Source: a virus (Duplodnaviria; Caudoviricetes). From it: a DNA stretch of 64,000 nt. The notes beneath the pieces were generated by a model, which saw only the letters and a list, made by a program, of their open reading frames with translations, was not told where the DNA came from and ran no database searches. Positions 54,171 through 63,164 of this stretch are shown in pieces (the first letter of the stretch is position 1; every line of letters starts with the position of its first letter). Both the position numbers and the translations under genes were made by a program. The DNA is taken from positions 1 through 64,000 of IMG/VR virus record IMGVR_UViG_3300010052_000154; one strand, written 5' to 3'.

Positions 54171-54749
54171 GAAGAAGAGAAGCGCGCGCTCCAGCGCGAA
54201 CAAGGCCGCCGGCTCAAGGCAGCCCGCAAGCAACTCGGCTTGCCGTCAGCTGCTGCGGCCGCCGACCACCTGAAGGTCTCCCCCACGACCTACGCACAGC
54301 ACGAAAACGGCACCCGCGGCATCGGTCGCGCCTCGGAAGAATACGCAGCCAAGTTTGGCGTCTCGGAGGAGTGGCTACTCCGCGGCCGAAATCCGCCCAT
54401 CTGGGCCCGCCCTGATATCGATCACTCAGAAGCGGTCGAGCCTTCACCTAGTGAGCATTATCTCACCGCCTGGAGGCTGTATTCGAAGCTGTCCCCGCAG
54501 GACCTCGCAGACCGCCTAGACGCTCCGCTACAACTCGTCGAGGATTGGGAAGCTGGCCGCTCCGACATTTCGGGAAAGTGGCTGCGGCGCCTTGCAGATG
54601 TCTTCGCAACGACCCCCGGCAGCATCCTGGATGTCGATCCCGGCTCGGTCCCACCGGACCTTCTCGAAATCTGGCGCGACACAGCTGCACGACAACGCGA
54701 GGTTCGGCAGAAGATCTCGACGCTGCGCAAGACCGGTACCGATGGTTAG
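54162..54749 (+). CDS. cI: CI-like repressor with two tandem XRE HTH domains and no S24 peptidase
   Basis: RLKAARKQLG...YAQHENGTR and LTAWRLYSKLS..DLADRL...DWEAGRS. Confidence 0.85.
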   Translation: MSTEEEKRALQREQGRRLKAARKQLGLPSAAAAADHLKVSPTTYAQHENGTRGIGRASEEYAAKFGVSEEWLLRGRNPPIWARPDIDHSEAVEPSPSEHYLTAWRLYSKLSPQDLADRLDAPLQLVEDWEAGRSDISGKWLRRLADVFATTPGSILDVDPGSVPPDLLEIWRDTAARQREVRQKISTLRKTGTDG

Positions 54750-55167
54750 ACCAATTGTCCTAGGGCTTTTGGCGTCGCTTGCCGCCTCACGTGTGCATGC
54801 TGCGGATCAGTTCAACCTGGTCTGCAAAGGAACAGCGAACGGCGCGCCAACCTCCTACGGCTTCCGGATCGATCTGGCCTCAAAGCTTTGGTGCGACCTG
54901 GATTGCAAAACCCCTCGGCAGATTGTTGAGGTTAGTCCCGATCGGATCGTGCTGGAGCGCGGCGACCGTGAAGATCAAGGCCCCGCGCGCGGCGACGCAT
55001 TCAGTCGCACTGACCTCAACCAAGTCAGCCGCATGGATGGCGCGCATCGCGAATACCATAGCAGCCTCACCATGCTGAGGGGCCAGGTGGCCAGTTCGTC
55101 GCGTCGCGAGATTTCGGGCACTTGCGAGACCGCTCCCTTCACAGGGATGCCGGGGCCGAAGTTCTAA
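54742..55167 (+). CDS. Secreted/periplasmic protein co-transcribed with cI
   Basis: Signal peptide ending VHA-AD, four Cys, start overlaps the cI stop. Confidence 0.7.
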   Translation: MVRPIVLGLLASLAASRVHAADQFNLVCKGTANGAPTSYGFRIDLASKLWCDLDCKTPRQIVEVSPDRIVLERGDREDQGPARGDAFSRTDLNQVSRMDGAHREYHSSLTMLRGQVASSSRREISGTCETAPFTGMPGPKF

Positions 55168-55538
55168 TGGAGGACGATAATCTCCTTAGATGGGAAGTGG
55201 CGCGGGACCTGAGCGCGCAACAGCTGATCGAGTTGCTGCCGATCTCCGAGATCGACACCATGGTAGCGAGGCGACACGACCTCACGCACCAAATGGCGAT
55301 CTGCGAACGCATGATGGCCGGCGGCACCTACCTCCCCTACCCGTTTGTCCGGGCTGCAGTGTTGCTCGCGAAGGAGCAGCGCTACGCCGATGAGGTTCGG
55401 ATTTGCGAGTACGCCGTCGCCTGGGCAGACCGCATAGTGCGCGAGCGCCGGCCAGGAGCAGAGAACGCCCTGTCGTACATTGGCAAACTTGCCAGCCGGC
55501 TCCCGCGGGCGAGAGCGCGGCTCGCGGCGCAAGCCTAA
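55167..55538 (+). CDS. Helical (TPR-like) lysogen-expressed protein
   Basis: TAATG overlap, YPFVRAAVLLAKEQRYADEVRICE. Confidence 0.65.
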   Translation: MEDDNLLRWEVARDLSAQQLIELLPISEIDTMVARRHDLTHQMAICERMMAGGTYLPYPFVRAAVLLAKEQRYADEVRICEYAVAWADRIVRERRPGAENALSYIGKLASRLPRARARLAAQA

Positions 55539-55816
55539 GCCAGCGTCAGCTTGTTCGGCACCTCCCCACAGACGGCGAGCAACCGCGGATCCCCCCAAAT
55601 CCCGTACTCCGGCCGGGCGCTCACCTCGTAGGCCACCGCACCAGCGATGCCGTGGCCGACCGCCTCTGCGGCCCGGCACGCCTTGGCGGCCGTCGGATAG
55701 TGCTTGAGATCACGCGGCTGGATCCGACCAGCATCCCGCCAGAAAGTCTGCACGCAAAAATAGATCGGATCGCCCAAAGCTTCCCCCTTCACAATTGTTA
55801 ACGAGATCGATTCCAA
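55535..55816 (-). CDS. Small hypothetical protein
   Basis: Convergent ORF, start uncertain. Confidence 0.5.
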   Translation of the reverse strand: MESISLTIVKGEALGDPIYFCVQTFWRDAGRIQPRDLKHYPTAAKACRAAEAVGHGIAGAVAYEVSARPEYGIWGDPRLLAVCGEVPNKLTLA

Positions 55817-55882
55817 CCCGCTACGGTTAAGTCAATCTCGCCGGGAACAACCGGCGACCGAATTTGGCGCAGTACGATTTTC

Positions 55883-55934
55883 CGTGCGTTTTGCACAATT
55901 CGTATTGACGGCGATCAGTGCATTTCGCACAGTC
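55883..55934 (+). promoter_or_regulatory. OL region: two operators plus PL
   Basis: CGTGC-N5-GCACA (55883-55897) and AGTGC-N5-GCACA (55917-55931). TTGACG at 55905-55910 with the same geometry as PR. Confidence 0.8.
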
Positions 55935-55956
55935 TCTTCACAACCGGAGAGACGCC

Positions 55957-56424
55957 GTGCCCTTCACGCCCACAATCACCAGTGCTGAAGAAGTCGCCCG
56001 CCTGGGACCGTTCATCGCGGCCGAGGAAGCCGCCGACGCCGGCCGTGAGCGCCTCTATCAAGCCGACCTCGCCCGCAACCGCTGCTCGCTTCACGGCGCC
56101 CTGCCGCTGGCCGCTCCGGTGGAGCGGACCTACGCCGAGCGCCTGATCGCCGCCCGCAAGGCCTACGAAGCCGCCATGGCGTTCGACGCCGCGCCGCGTG
56201 GCCGATTCCTGGCGGCGCTGCGGCTGATCCGCGAGAGCGGCGCGCACGGCCGGGAGGCTGAGCAGGCGCGCAAGGCCTTCAACCGCGGCATCCAGGACGG
56301 TGAAGACGCTTATGAGATCGGTGTCGCGCTGAAGGCGCTGGCGGCGGTCCCGGGTGACGCGGCGGCGGCGGCGCGCGATGCGCTGGCCGACCTGTTGATG
56401 GCCTCGACGAAGGCGGCGGCGTGA
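55957..56424 (+). CDS. Early hypothetical protein
   Basis: GGAGAG RBS and GTG start, first gene after PL. Confidence 0.65.
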   Translation: MPFTPTITSAEEVARLGPFIAAEEAADAGRERLYQADLARNRCSLHGALPLAAPVERTYAERLIAARKAYEAAMAFDAAPRGRFLAALRLIRESGAHGREAEQARKAFNRGIQDGEDAYEIGVALKALAAVPGDAAAAARDALADLLMASTKAAA

Positions 56425-56783
56425 TGGGGGACCTGATTTTCCTCTCCGCGCGCCGCGCGACCACGGCCATTCCGCAGATCGGGGATGCTGCTGCGGTGGC
56501 CGAGAGCCTGCTGACCCAGGCCAACGCGCTTGAGGCGCGGGCGGACGCTCTGATGGCGGTCGAGGCCGGGCATGCCGGGATGGCCGCAGGGAAGCTGCGG
56601 GACGGTGACGCGCTGGCCGCTGAGCATTTCGAGGCCCTGCGGGCGGATGCTGAGCGGACCTACCTCGCCATGGACGAAGAGGTTTTCCGGCTGCGCCTGC
56701 AGGCGGCGGAGCTGCAAGCCCGGTGCGGCCGCGCGTCCGTGCTGGCGGACATCACGTCGTTCTCGACGGGAGGCCCGTTCTGA
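56424..56783 (+). CDS. Hypothetical coiled-coil protein
   Basis: Translationally coupled ORF. Confidence 0.6.
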   Translation: MGDLIFLSARRATTAIPQIGDAAAVAESLLTQANALEARADALMAVEAGHAGMAAGKLRDGDALAAEHFEALRADAERTYLAMDEEVFRLRLQAAELQARCGRASVLADITSFSTGGPF

Positions 56784-56977
56784 TGGGCCAGCCGTCGATG
56801 ACCGCCGAGCAACTGATCCAGGCGACGATCGCCAAGCGCATCGCCGCGGGCCTCACAACTGAGGTCGAGGGCTTCCGGCGCCACCACGCCACCGAGGCGG
56901 CCCGCAACGCGTACATCGCGCGCTGCCGTTCGCGTGGCCCCGCGGTGCACCTCGTTCTGCCGGGGGTGGACCGCTGA
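56783..56977 (+). CDS. Small hypothetical protein
   Basis: TGATG coupling on both sides. Confidence 0.55.
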   Translation: MGQPSMTAEQLIQATIAKRIAAGLTTEVEGFRRHHATEAARNAYIARCRSRGPAVHLVLPGVDR

Positions 56978-57303
56978 TGGACGCGCTCACGCTCACGATC
57001 ATGCGCCCCGGCGCCGCGGTTGAGACGCGCGAGGTCGCCTACAGCGGCTTTAGCGCCCTGCGCCCGCTCTTCGAGGAACTGCTCGACGGCGGCTTCCCGG
57101 AACATGTCGCAGTCCTGCACGACGGCAAGCGCGCCGACATGTTCGTCGACGGAGACGGGATCGCGAAGGAACTCGACCGCAACGGCGCGGCGACGGCGAT
57201 CTACCGCAACAACACGTTGACGCGCGCGCCGGGCACCGATCCGGAGAGCCTGCCCGCAATCGTCGGGACGGCGGTGCTGTGCAGCCGACGGGTGTGGTTC
57301 TGA
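56977..57303 (+). CDS. DUF3846-like protein
   Basis: DMFVDGDG...L.RN..AT.IY...IVGTAVL. Confidence 0.65.
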   Translation: MDALTLTIMRPGAAVETREVAYSGFSALRPLFEELLDGGFPEHVAVLHDGKRADMFVDGDGIAKELDRNGAATAIYRNNTLTRAPGTDPESLPAIVGTAVLCSRRVWF

Positions 57304-57431
57304 TGCGCCGCGCCCTCCTCTCCTACCTCTGCCGCCGCGGCCTCAGCGACGGGTTCGCCGCCGTCGTGGTGAGCCTCGGCCTCGGAACACTGATGTGGTG
57401 GTTCTGCGCCCTGGCGGGGCTGCCGCAATGA
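57303..57431 (+). CDS. Small membrane peptide (42 aa, absent from the ORF track)
   Basis: TGATG start coupling, one hydrophobic helix, ATGA overlap with the next gene. Confidence 0.45.
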   Translation: MRRALLSYLCRRGLSDGFAAVVVSLGLGTLMWWFCALAGLPQ

Positions 57432-57637
57432 CGGCTGGCCCCCGCTACTACGGCGCTGGCCCCGGCTTCGTCGTCACCGGCGGCGGCGAGCGCCTGGGCG
57501 AGCAGGCGGCTACGGCCGCCCTCGCCCGCGAGACCGCCCTCTCTAAGGACCTGACCGTGACCGAAGGCCTGCGAGCCCAGGCTGGGCTCAAGGCGCGCCA
57601 GCTCGCGGACGCCATCGCCCGATCCTTCAACCCCTGA
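57428..57637 (+). CDS. Small hypothetical protein
   Basis: Coupled ORF. Confidence 0.5.
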   Translation: MTAGPRYYGAGPGFVVTGGGERLGEQAATAALARETALSKDLTVTEGLRAQAGLKARQLADAIARSFNP

Positions 57638-57646
57638 GGAAGTGCC

Positions 57647-57856
57647 ATGACCACGACCACCACCACGAAGAGCCGCCGCGGGTTCGCCGCGATGAGCCCG
57701 GAGCGCCGCCGGGAGATCGCGCGTAAGGGCGGGGCCAGCGTGCCCAGCGAGAAGCGCAGCTTCTCGAAGGACCGCGACCTTGCCGTCTCGGCCGGCCGGG
57801 TCGGCGGCGAGAACTCGCGCGGCGGCGGCCGTGCCCGAACTCAGGCGGCGAGCTAA
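57647..57856 (+). CDS. KGG-repeat general stress protein (YciG/Con-10-like)
   Basis: RRGFAAMSPERRREIARKGG...SFSKDRDLA..AGR.GG. Confidence 0.88.
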   Translation: MTTTTTTKSRRGFAAMSPERRREIARKGGASVPSEKRSFSKDRDLAVSAGRVGGENSRGGGRARTQAAS

Positions 57857-58398
57857 TGAACCTCACCGATCTGGGCCTGACGCCCGACGAACTGCGCGAC
57901 CTCGTCATCGAGCGTGCAGCGGAGAAAATCGCGGATGAAGCTGCCGGCCGCGAGTACGTCGGCGACAGTGTCACGCGCATTATCCAACAGCGCATCGACA
58001 CCGAGGTGAAGGCCCGCCTAGTCGACCGCATCGAAGCGCTCCTTGCGGAAACGCTAGAGCGCCTGCTGAACGATGCGATCCGGCCGGTCGACATCTGGGG
58101 AGATCCCGTCGGTGCGCCAACGACCATCAAGGCTGAGCTGGGCGCCCGCGCCAAGGACTACTGGCTGACCAAGGTCGACAACGGCGGCAAGCCGATGGAC
58201 CGCAATAGCTATGGCTTCCAGACCGCCAAGACCCGCGCGGAATGGATGCTCGGCCGGGTCGTCTCCGAGCAGTTCGCCGACGAGGTAAAGCAGAACGCGG
58301 TGAACATCCTCGCGGTCTTCAAAGAGAAGATCCGTGCGGACGGGCACGCCGCGCTCGACAAGCACCTCGATGAGATCGTGCGGGTGAAGTCGCGATGA
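57856..58398 (+). CDS. Hypothetical protein
   Basis: 180 aa coupled ORF. Confidence 0.65.
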   Translation: MNLTDLGLTPDELRDLVIERAAEKIADEAAGREYVGDSVTRIIQQRIDTEVKARLVDRIEALLAETLERLLNDAIRPVDIWGDPVGAPTTIKAELGARAKDYWLTKVDNGGKPMDRNSYGFQTAKTRAEWMLGRVVSEQFADEVKQNAVNILAVFKEKIRADGHAALDKHLDEIVRVKSR

Positions 58399-58667
58399 GC
58401 GCCCGGATCAGACCCACCCTCGCCGTCGTGCGCTCGACCTCGCCGCTGGCAGAGCGGATCGCCCGCTTGCAGCGCGAAGAACGCGCCCTGGCCAACGAGC
58501 ATGTCGACCAGCTCACCGCTGCGCTCGCCGAAGTCGAGCGCCTGGCCGGCGAGATCGCCGACGGCGGCGGCGCCTATCACGTCGGCGTCCGCGAACTCGC
58601 ACGGCGGCTGGCGGCGGAAGTCGGCGCCCACGGCCAGACGATCGAAGCGATCCGGAGCCGCACCTGA
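58395..58667 (+). CDS. Hypothetical coiled-coil protein
   Basis: ATGA overlap. Confidence 0.6.
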   Translation: MSARIRPTLAVVRSTSPLAERIARLQREERALANEHVDQLTAALAEVERLAGEIADGGGAYHVGVRELARRLAAEVGAHGQTIEAIRSRT

Positions 58668-58882
58668 TGGTGATCCGGCCCGACCACACGCCGCCGTCCG
58701 GCCGTTGGACGCCCGCCCGTAAGGAAGCGGTCGTCGGTGACGTGCGCGAGGGCCGGATCACCTTCGCCGGCGCCGTCGCCCGCTACGCCCTATCCGCCGA
58801 GGAGCTCGCCTCCTGGATCGGCCGCTTCGAGCGGCATGGCCGGCGTGGGCTGGCCATCACCGACCTGCAGGTGCGGCGGTGA
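58667..58882 (+). CDS. sciP: SciP (DUF1153) CtrA-inhibitor homolog
   Basis: RWTPARKEAVV..VREG.IT...A.ARY.LS.EEL.SW...FERHG..GL.IT..Q. Confidence 0.8.
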   Translation: MVIRPDHTPPSGRWTPARKEAVVGDVREGRITFAGAVARYALSAEELASWIGRFERHGRRGLAITDLQVRR

Positions 58883-59103
58883 CGGTTCACCACCTTCGGC
58901 CGGAGGAGCGCGTCGCGCTGGGCCTGATCGTCGCTGAGGGCGACGGCGGGCTCCTCATCGACGGGCGGGCACTGCCCCTCTCCATCGCCATGCGGCTTTC
59001 GACCTTCGGGCTGACCGCGCTCACCCAAGAACACCACCAGCGCGCCATCGCGACGCGCGAGGGCCGGGCCGCTGCCCGCGCCCAAACCTTCGACGCCTAC
59101 TAG
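58879..59103 (+). CDS. Small hypothetical protein
   Basis: GTGA overlap. Confidence 0.5.
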   Translation: MTVHHLRPEERVALGLIVAEGDGGLLIDGRALPLSIAMRLSTFGLTALTQEHHQRAIATREGRAAARAQTFDAY

Positions 59104-59111
59104 GAGCCGAC

Positions 59112-60521
59112 ATGATCAATATCCGCGAACACCAGTCGGAGCCCACCGCTGGCTCGACCGACGTCGCCGTCGTCGTCGAGCGCGAGACCGCACTCAGCGT
59201 CCTGACCGACAAGGAACAGTTCGAAGCCTTCTACGCGAAGGTGAAAGCAGAGGTCGACGCGCACGTCCCCGACACCACCACGGATAAGGGCCGCAAGGCC
59301 ATCGCAGCGCTTGCTTACAAGGTGACCAGGACCAAAACGGCGATCGATGCGGCCGGCAAGGCCCTCACCGAGGAAGCGCGCGCGCAGATCGCGACGGTCG
59401 ATGCTTCGCGCCGACAGATCCGTGAGAAGCTCGACGCGCTGCGTGACGAAGCCCGGCGCCCGCTGGACGAATGGGAGGCCGTGGACGCGGCGCGCGCCAA
59501 GGAAGCAGCTGAACTGCTGGCGTCGCTAGCCGCCGCCGCGGTCGTCACCATCGAAGACACCGCCGCCACGGTCGAGGCACGGCTGGACGAGGTGCGGGGG
59601 CGCAATCTCAACCCGCTCCTCTTTGGTTCGGACGTCGATCTGGCCCAGGAACGCCGCGACCATGCCGTTGCAGTCCTGACAGCCGCGCTGGACCGCCTGC
59701 GGAAGGAGGAGGCCGACCGCGCCGAACTGGAGCGTCTGCGCCATGAGGCTGCCGAGCGCGAGGCGCGCGAGGCTGCAGAAAGGGCGAAGGCTGAGGCGGA
59801 GGCCCAGGCCCGCAAGGCGAAGGAAGATGCCGAGCGGCTGGAGCGCGAGCGCGCTGAGCAAGCAGAGCGCGACCGTATCGCAGCCGAGGAGCGCGCGGCC
59901 GAGCAAGAGCGCCAAGCCGCCCAGCGGACCGAAGAGGCTCGCCAGGAGGCCGCGGCTGAAGCCGCCCGGCAGGAACGCGATCGGGCCGCCGCAGAGCAGC
60001 GCCAGCGCGAACAGGAGCATGAGGCCGCCCTGGTCGCAGAACGCCGCCGCGCCGACGAGGCCGAGCGCGCTCGCAAGGCCGAGGCCGACAAGGTCGCCGC
60101 CGAAAAGCGGGAGCGGGACGCAGAGGAGCAGCGGCGACGCGACGAGCAGGCTCGGCGGGAAGCCGATGTCGCGCACCGCTCCACCATCATGACCGCAGTG
60201 AAGCTCGCCCTCATCGAGCACTGCACCCTGTCGGAGGAAGCGGCGAAAGAGGTGGTGCGCGCGATCTCGTCCCGGCTCATCCCCTACACCTCAATCGACT
60301 TCGCCCAGCAACTGGACCTGAAGGCGGCGCCGGGCCGCTGCGAGGAGGCGTCCCCGCTCTCGGGTGAGCGCTACATCCCCTGCAATGCGCCGGCCGAGAG
60401 CATGGTGGGCTGGCCGGGTCGCGGCGAGGGCCCCTACCGGATGTGCGCCGCGTGCGCGGACCACAACGTCAAGAATCGCGGCGCGACGCTGGTCGGCCCG
60501 TTCATCGCTGAGGCCGCCTGA
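59112..60521 (+). CDS. Long coiled-coil phage early protein
   Basis: Conserved KGRKAIAALAYKV.RTKTAID N-terminus, then Glu/Ala/Arg repeats. Confidence 0.75.
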   Translation: MINIREHQSEPTAGSTDVAVVVERETALSVLTDKEQFEAFYAKVKAEVDAHVPDTTTDKGRKAIAALAYKVTRTKTAIDAAGKALTEEARAQIATVDASRRQIREKLDALRDEARRPLDEWEAVDAARAKEAAELLASLAAAAVVTIEDTAATVEARLDEVRGRNLNPLLFGSDVDLAQERRDHAVAVLTAALDRLRKEEADRAELERLRHEAAEREAREAAERAKAEAEAQARKAKEDAERLERERAEQAERDRIAAEERAAEQERQAAQRTEEARQEAAAEAARQERDRAAAEQRQREQEHEAALVAERRRADEAERARKAEADKVAAEKRERDAEEQRRRDEQARREADVAHRSTIMTAVKLALIEHCTLSEEAAKEVVRAISSRLIPYTSIDFAQQLDLKAAPGRCEEASPLSGERYIPCNAPAESMVGWPGRGEGPYRMCAACADHNVKNRGATLVGPFIAEAA

Positions 60522-61501
60522 TGGAAGCGCGCCTCTGGACGGGCAAGATCGACGGCCCTGGCCTTTATCTGGGGGTGCCGGTCGAAGACTACCGGGCGGA
60601 TCCGTGCCCGGAGCCGTCGCTCAACGCCTCGATCGCCAAGCTCTGTCTCGCCGAGAGCCTTGCGCATGTCGCCGCCGCGCATCCGCAGATCTCGCCGCCT
60701 GAACCTGATGCGGACGAAGAGGAGGCCAAGGCGCCTTCCCGGGCCATGGACATCGGGTCCGCGGCGCACGCGCTCGCCTTCGGGGTCGGCGCGGACATCT
60801 GCCTTATCCATGCGCCGAACTGGAAGAAGAAGGCCGACCAGGAGGCGAAGAAGGCCGCCTATGAGGCCGGGGAGATCCCGCTGCTGCCGAAGGAGCTGCG
60901 CCGGGCCAAGGCCATGGCCGCGATCTCCGGACCGCTCATCCGCGAGATGCTCGACGGCTCGCTCGTCGCCGAGGCCATGCTCGTCTGGCAGGACGACGAG
61001 GGATACTGGTACCGCAGCCTGATAGACCGCATGCGCGCCGACGCGCGGGTCATCGTCGACTACAAGACGACCGAACACAGCATCGCGCCAGAGGCGGCCA
61101 AGAAGCTCGTCTACACCAGCGGGGCCTACTTCCAGGAAGGCTTCTACCGGCGCGGGCTCGACATTCTCGACCCGGGCGGCGCCGGCCGCCGCAGGTTCCT
61201 GTTCCTGTACCAGGAGCAGCGCGTCCCCTTCACGCCCTGCATGGTCGAGACCAGCGAGGCTGGCCGCAGCCTCGCCGATGAGCAGGTGGCGCTGTCTATC
61301 AACGTCTGGAAGCGCGGCCTGATCACCAAGGAGTGGCCCGGCCATCCCATTGGGCCGCACACCGCCAGCCCGCCGGACTGGATGATCAACGCCTGGGTCC
61401 GTCGCGCTGAGACCGACGAGACGCTCAACCCCCACTACGATCCCTACGAAGACGCCCGCCGCGCTGCGGCCGCGCCCGTTCCCCACATGGAGCTTTCCTG
61501 A
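60521..61501 (+). CDS. RecE/ExoVIII-like PD-(D/E)XK exonuclease
   Basis: SLNASIAK, AMDIGSAAH, RSLIDRM....IVDYKTT, FQEGFYRRG. Confidence 0.85.
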   Translation: MEARLWTGKIDGPGLYLGVPVEDYRADPCPEPSLNASIAKLCLAESLAHVAAAHPQISPPEPDADEEEAKAPSRAMDIGSAAHALAFGVGADICLIHAPNWKKKADQEAKKAAYEAGEIPLLPKELRRAKAMAAISGPLIREMLDGSLVAEAMLVWQDDEGYWYRSLIDRMRADARVIVDYKTTEHSIAPEAAKKLVYTSGAYFQEGFYRRGLDILDPGGAGRRRFLFLYQEQRVPFTPCMVETSEAGRSLADEQVALSINVWKRGLITKEWPGHPIGPHTASPPDWMINAWVRRAETDETLNPHYDPYEDARRAAAAPVPHMELS

Positions 61502-62766
61502 TGAACGCGCATACGCGCCGCTTCACGGCGACTGTCGCCGTCCGTGAGCAGGTTCCCCTGCTGATCGGCCTCATGGGCCCGAGTGGCGGCGGGAAGACCT
61601 TCTCCGCCCTCCGCCTCGCACGCGGCATCCAGAGCGTCACCGGCGGCGACATCTACGGCATCGACACCGAAGCCAACCGGATGAAGCACTACGCGGACCA
61701 GTTCAGCTTCCACCACGTGCCCTTCGGCGAGCCCTTCGGCTCCCTGGACTATCTGGAAGCCTTCCGGTTCTGCCACCGGTCCGGCGCCAAGGTCATCATC
61801 GTGGACAGCATGAGCCACGAGCATGAAGGCGTGGGCGGCCTGCTCGATTTCCACGAAGCCGAGCTGACCCGGATGGCGGGGGACAATTACTCAAAGCGTG
61901 AGGCCATGAAGATGTTGGCCTGGGGCAAGCCTAAGGCTCATCGCCGCCAGCTCATCAACGCCCTGCTCCAGATGCAGTGCAACTTCATCTTCTGCTTCCG
62001 CGCGAAGAACACCGCCAAGCCGGTGAAGGTCACGGATCCCGAAACCGGCCGGTCCAAGACCGAAGTCATCCAACAGGGTTTCATGCCCATCGCGGGCGAA
62101 GAGTTCGTGTTCGAGATGACGCTCAACGCGCTGCTGCTCCCAGGCGCTGCCGGCGTCCCGACTTGGCGGCCGGAGCATGTTGGCGAGAAGCTGATGAGCA
62201 AGCTGCCGGAACAGTTCCGAGGCCTTGCTTCTCATCCGCGCGCCTTCGACGAACAGATGGGTGCGGATCTCGCGCGCTGGGCCCGTGGCGATGGCTCGGT
62301 GAACGGCGGCACGCAGGGTGGTCAGCGGCCGCCGGCCACGCAAACGATGTCGCTGGCCGAGCGCGTGTCCGCGTTCAAGGACCGTGTCTCTGCGGCCCCT
62401 AACGAGATCAAGCTCAACGCCATCAACAACGCCTCGGCGCAGCTACGACTCGACGTCGAGGCCGCGGCGCCTGAGCTGATCGAGGAGATGGACGCGGCGG
62501 TCGAGGCTAAGCGCGCGACTTTCGAACCGCAGCTGTCGGTGCGCCTTTCGCTCGGACAGCGGATCGCTGCCTTCAAGGCCGAGATTGATGAAGCTCCGAC
62601 GGCAGCTGCGGCGCTGAAGCTGCGCGCCGAGAGCCGAGACCTTTGGGCCGATGTCGACGCCGCGGATCCTGACGAGGTCGGGACGACCGCTGAGCTCGAT
62701 TCCTACGTCGACGATCGCTGCATCCAGATCGAGGACGCCGACCGCGGCGCCCAGGGTGACGCCTGA
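61501..62766 (+). CDS. AAA ATPase, Sak4-like recombination protein
   Basis: GPSGGGKT Walker A, IIVDSMSHE Walker B, next to the exonuclease. Confidence 0.8.
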   Translation: MNAHTRRFTATVAVREQVPLLIGLMGPSGGGKTFSALRLARGIQSVTGGDIYGIDTEANRMKHYADQFSFHHVPFGEPFGSLDYLEAFRFCHRSGAKVIIVDSMSHEHEGVGGLLDFHEAELTRMAGDNYSKREAMKMLAWGKPKAHRRQLINALLQMQCNFIFCFRAKNTAKPVKVTDPETGRSKTEVIQQGFMPIAGEEFVFEMTLNALLLPGAAGVPTWRPEHVGEKLMSKLPEQFRGLASHPRAFDEQMGADLARWARGDGSVNGGTQGGQRPPATQTMSLAERVSAFKDRVSAAPNEIKLNAINNASAQLRLDVEAAAPELIEEMDAAVEAKRATFEPQLSVRLSLGQRIAAFKAEIDEAPTAAAALKLRAESRDLWADVDAADPDEVGTTAELDSYVDDRCIQIEDADRGAQGDA

Positions 62767-63164
62767 TGTCCGGCGAGAACCATGCCCCCGATCCCGTTGA
62801 CGTCCACGTCGGAATGCGGATGCGGACCCGCCGTCAGCAGCTCGGCCAGTCGCAGACCGCCCTGGCGGACGCACTCGGGATCACCTTCCAGCAGGTGCAG
62901 AAGTACGAGCGCGCGGCGAACCGCATCAGCGCCTCGATGCTCCACCGCGCGGCGGCCTTCCAGGATGTCCCGGTCGGCTACTACTACGAGGGCCTGGAGC
63001 AGGCTGCCGGCCTGCGGACGCTCCCGACCGAAGCGCGCGAGGCGGCAAACTGGCTGACCAGCTCGTCGGCCTGGCCGTTCGCCAAGGCGATGTCCCGCCT
63101 GCCCGAGCGGTTCCAGCGCTCGGTACTGAAGGTCGCGCAGGACATGGCGGAGGCCAGCGTCTGA
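62766..63164 (+). CDS. XRE-family HTH regulator
   Basis: DVHVG.RMR.RRQQLG.SQ.ALA.ALGITFQQVQKYE...NRIS. Confidence 0.9.
   Translation: MSGENHAPDPVDVHVGMRMRTRRQQLGQSQTALADALGITFQQVQKYERAANRISASMLHRAAAFQDVPVGYYYEGLEQAAGLRTLPTEAREAANWLTSSSAWPFAKAMSRLPERFQRSVLKVAQDMAEASV

Noticed and set aside
55790-55860. CtrA boxes (TTAA-N7-TTAA) in the phage control regions
   Set aside because: Only isolated TTAA half-sites were found (here and near 39818), with no full site seen by eye.
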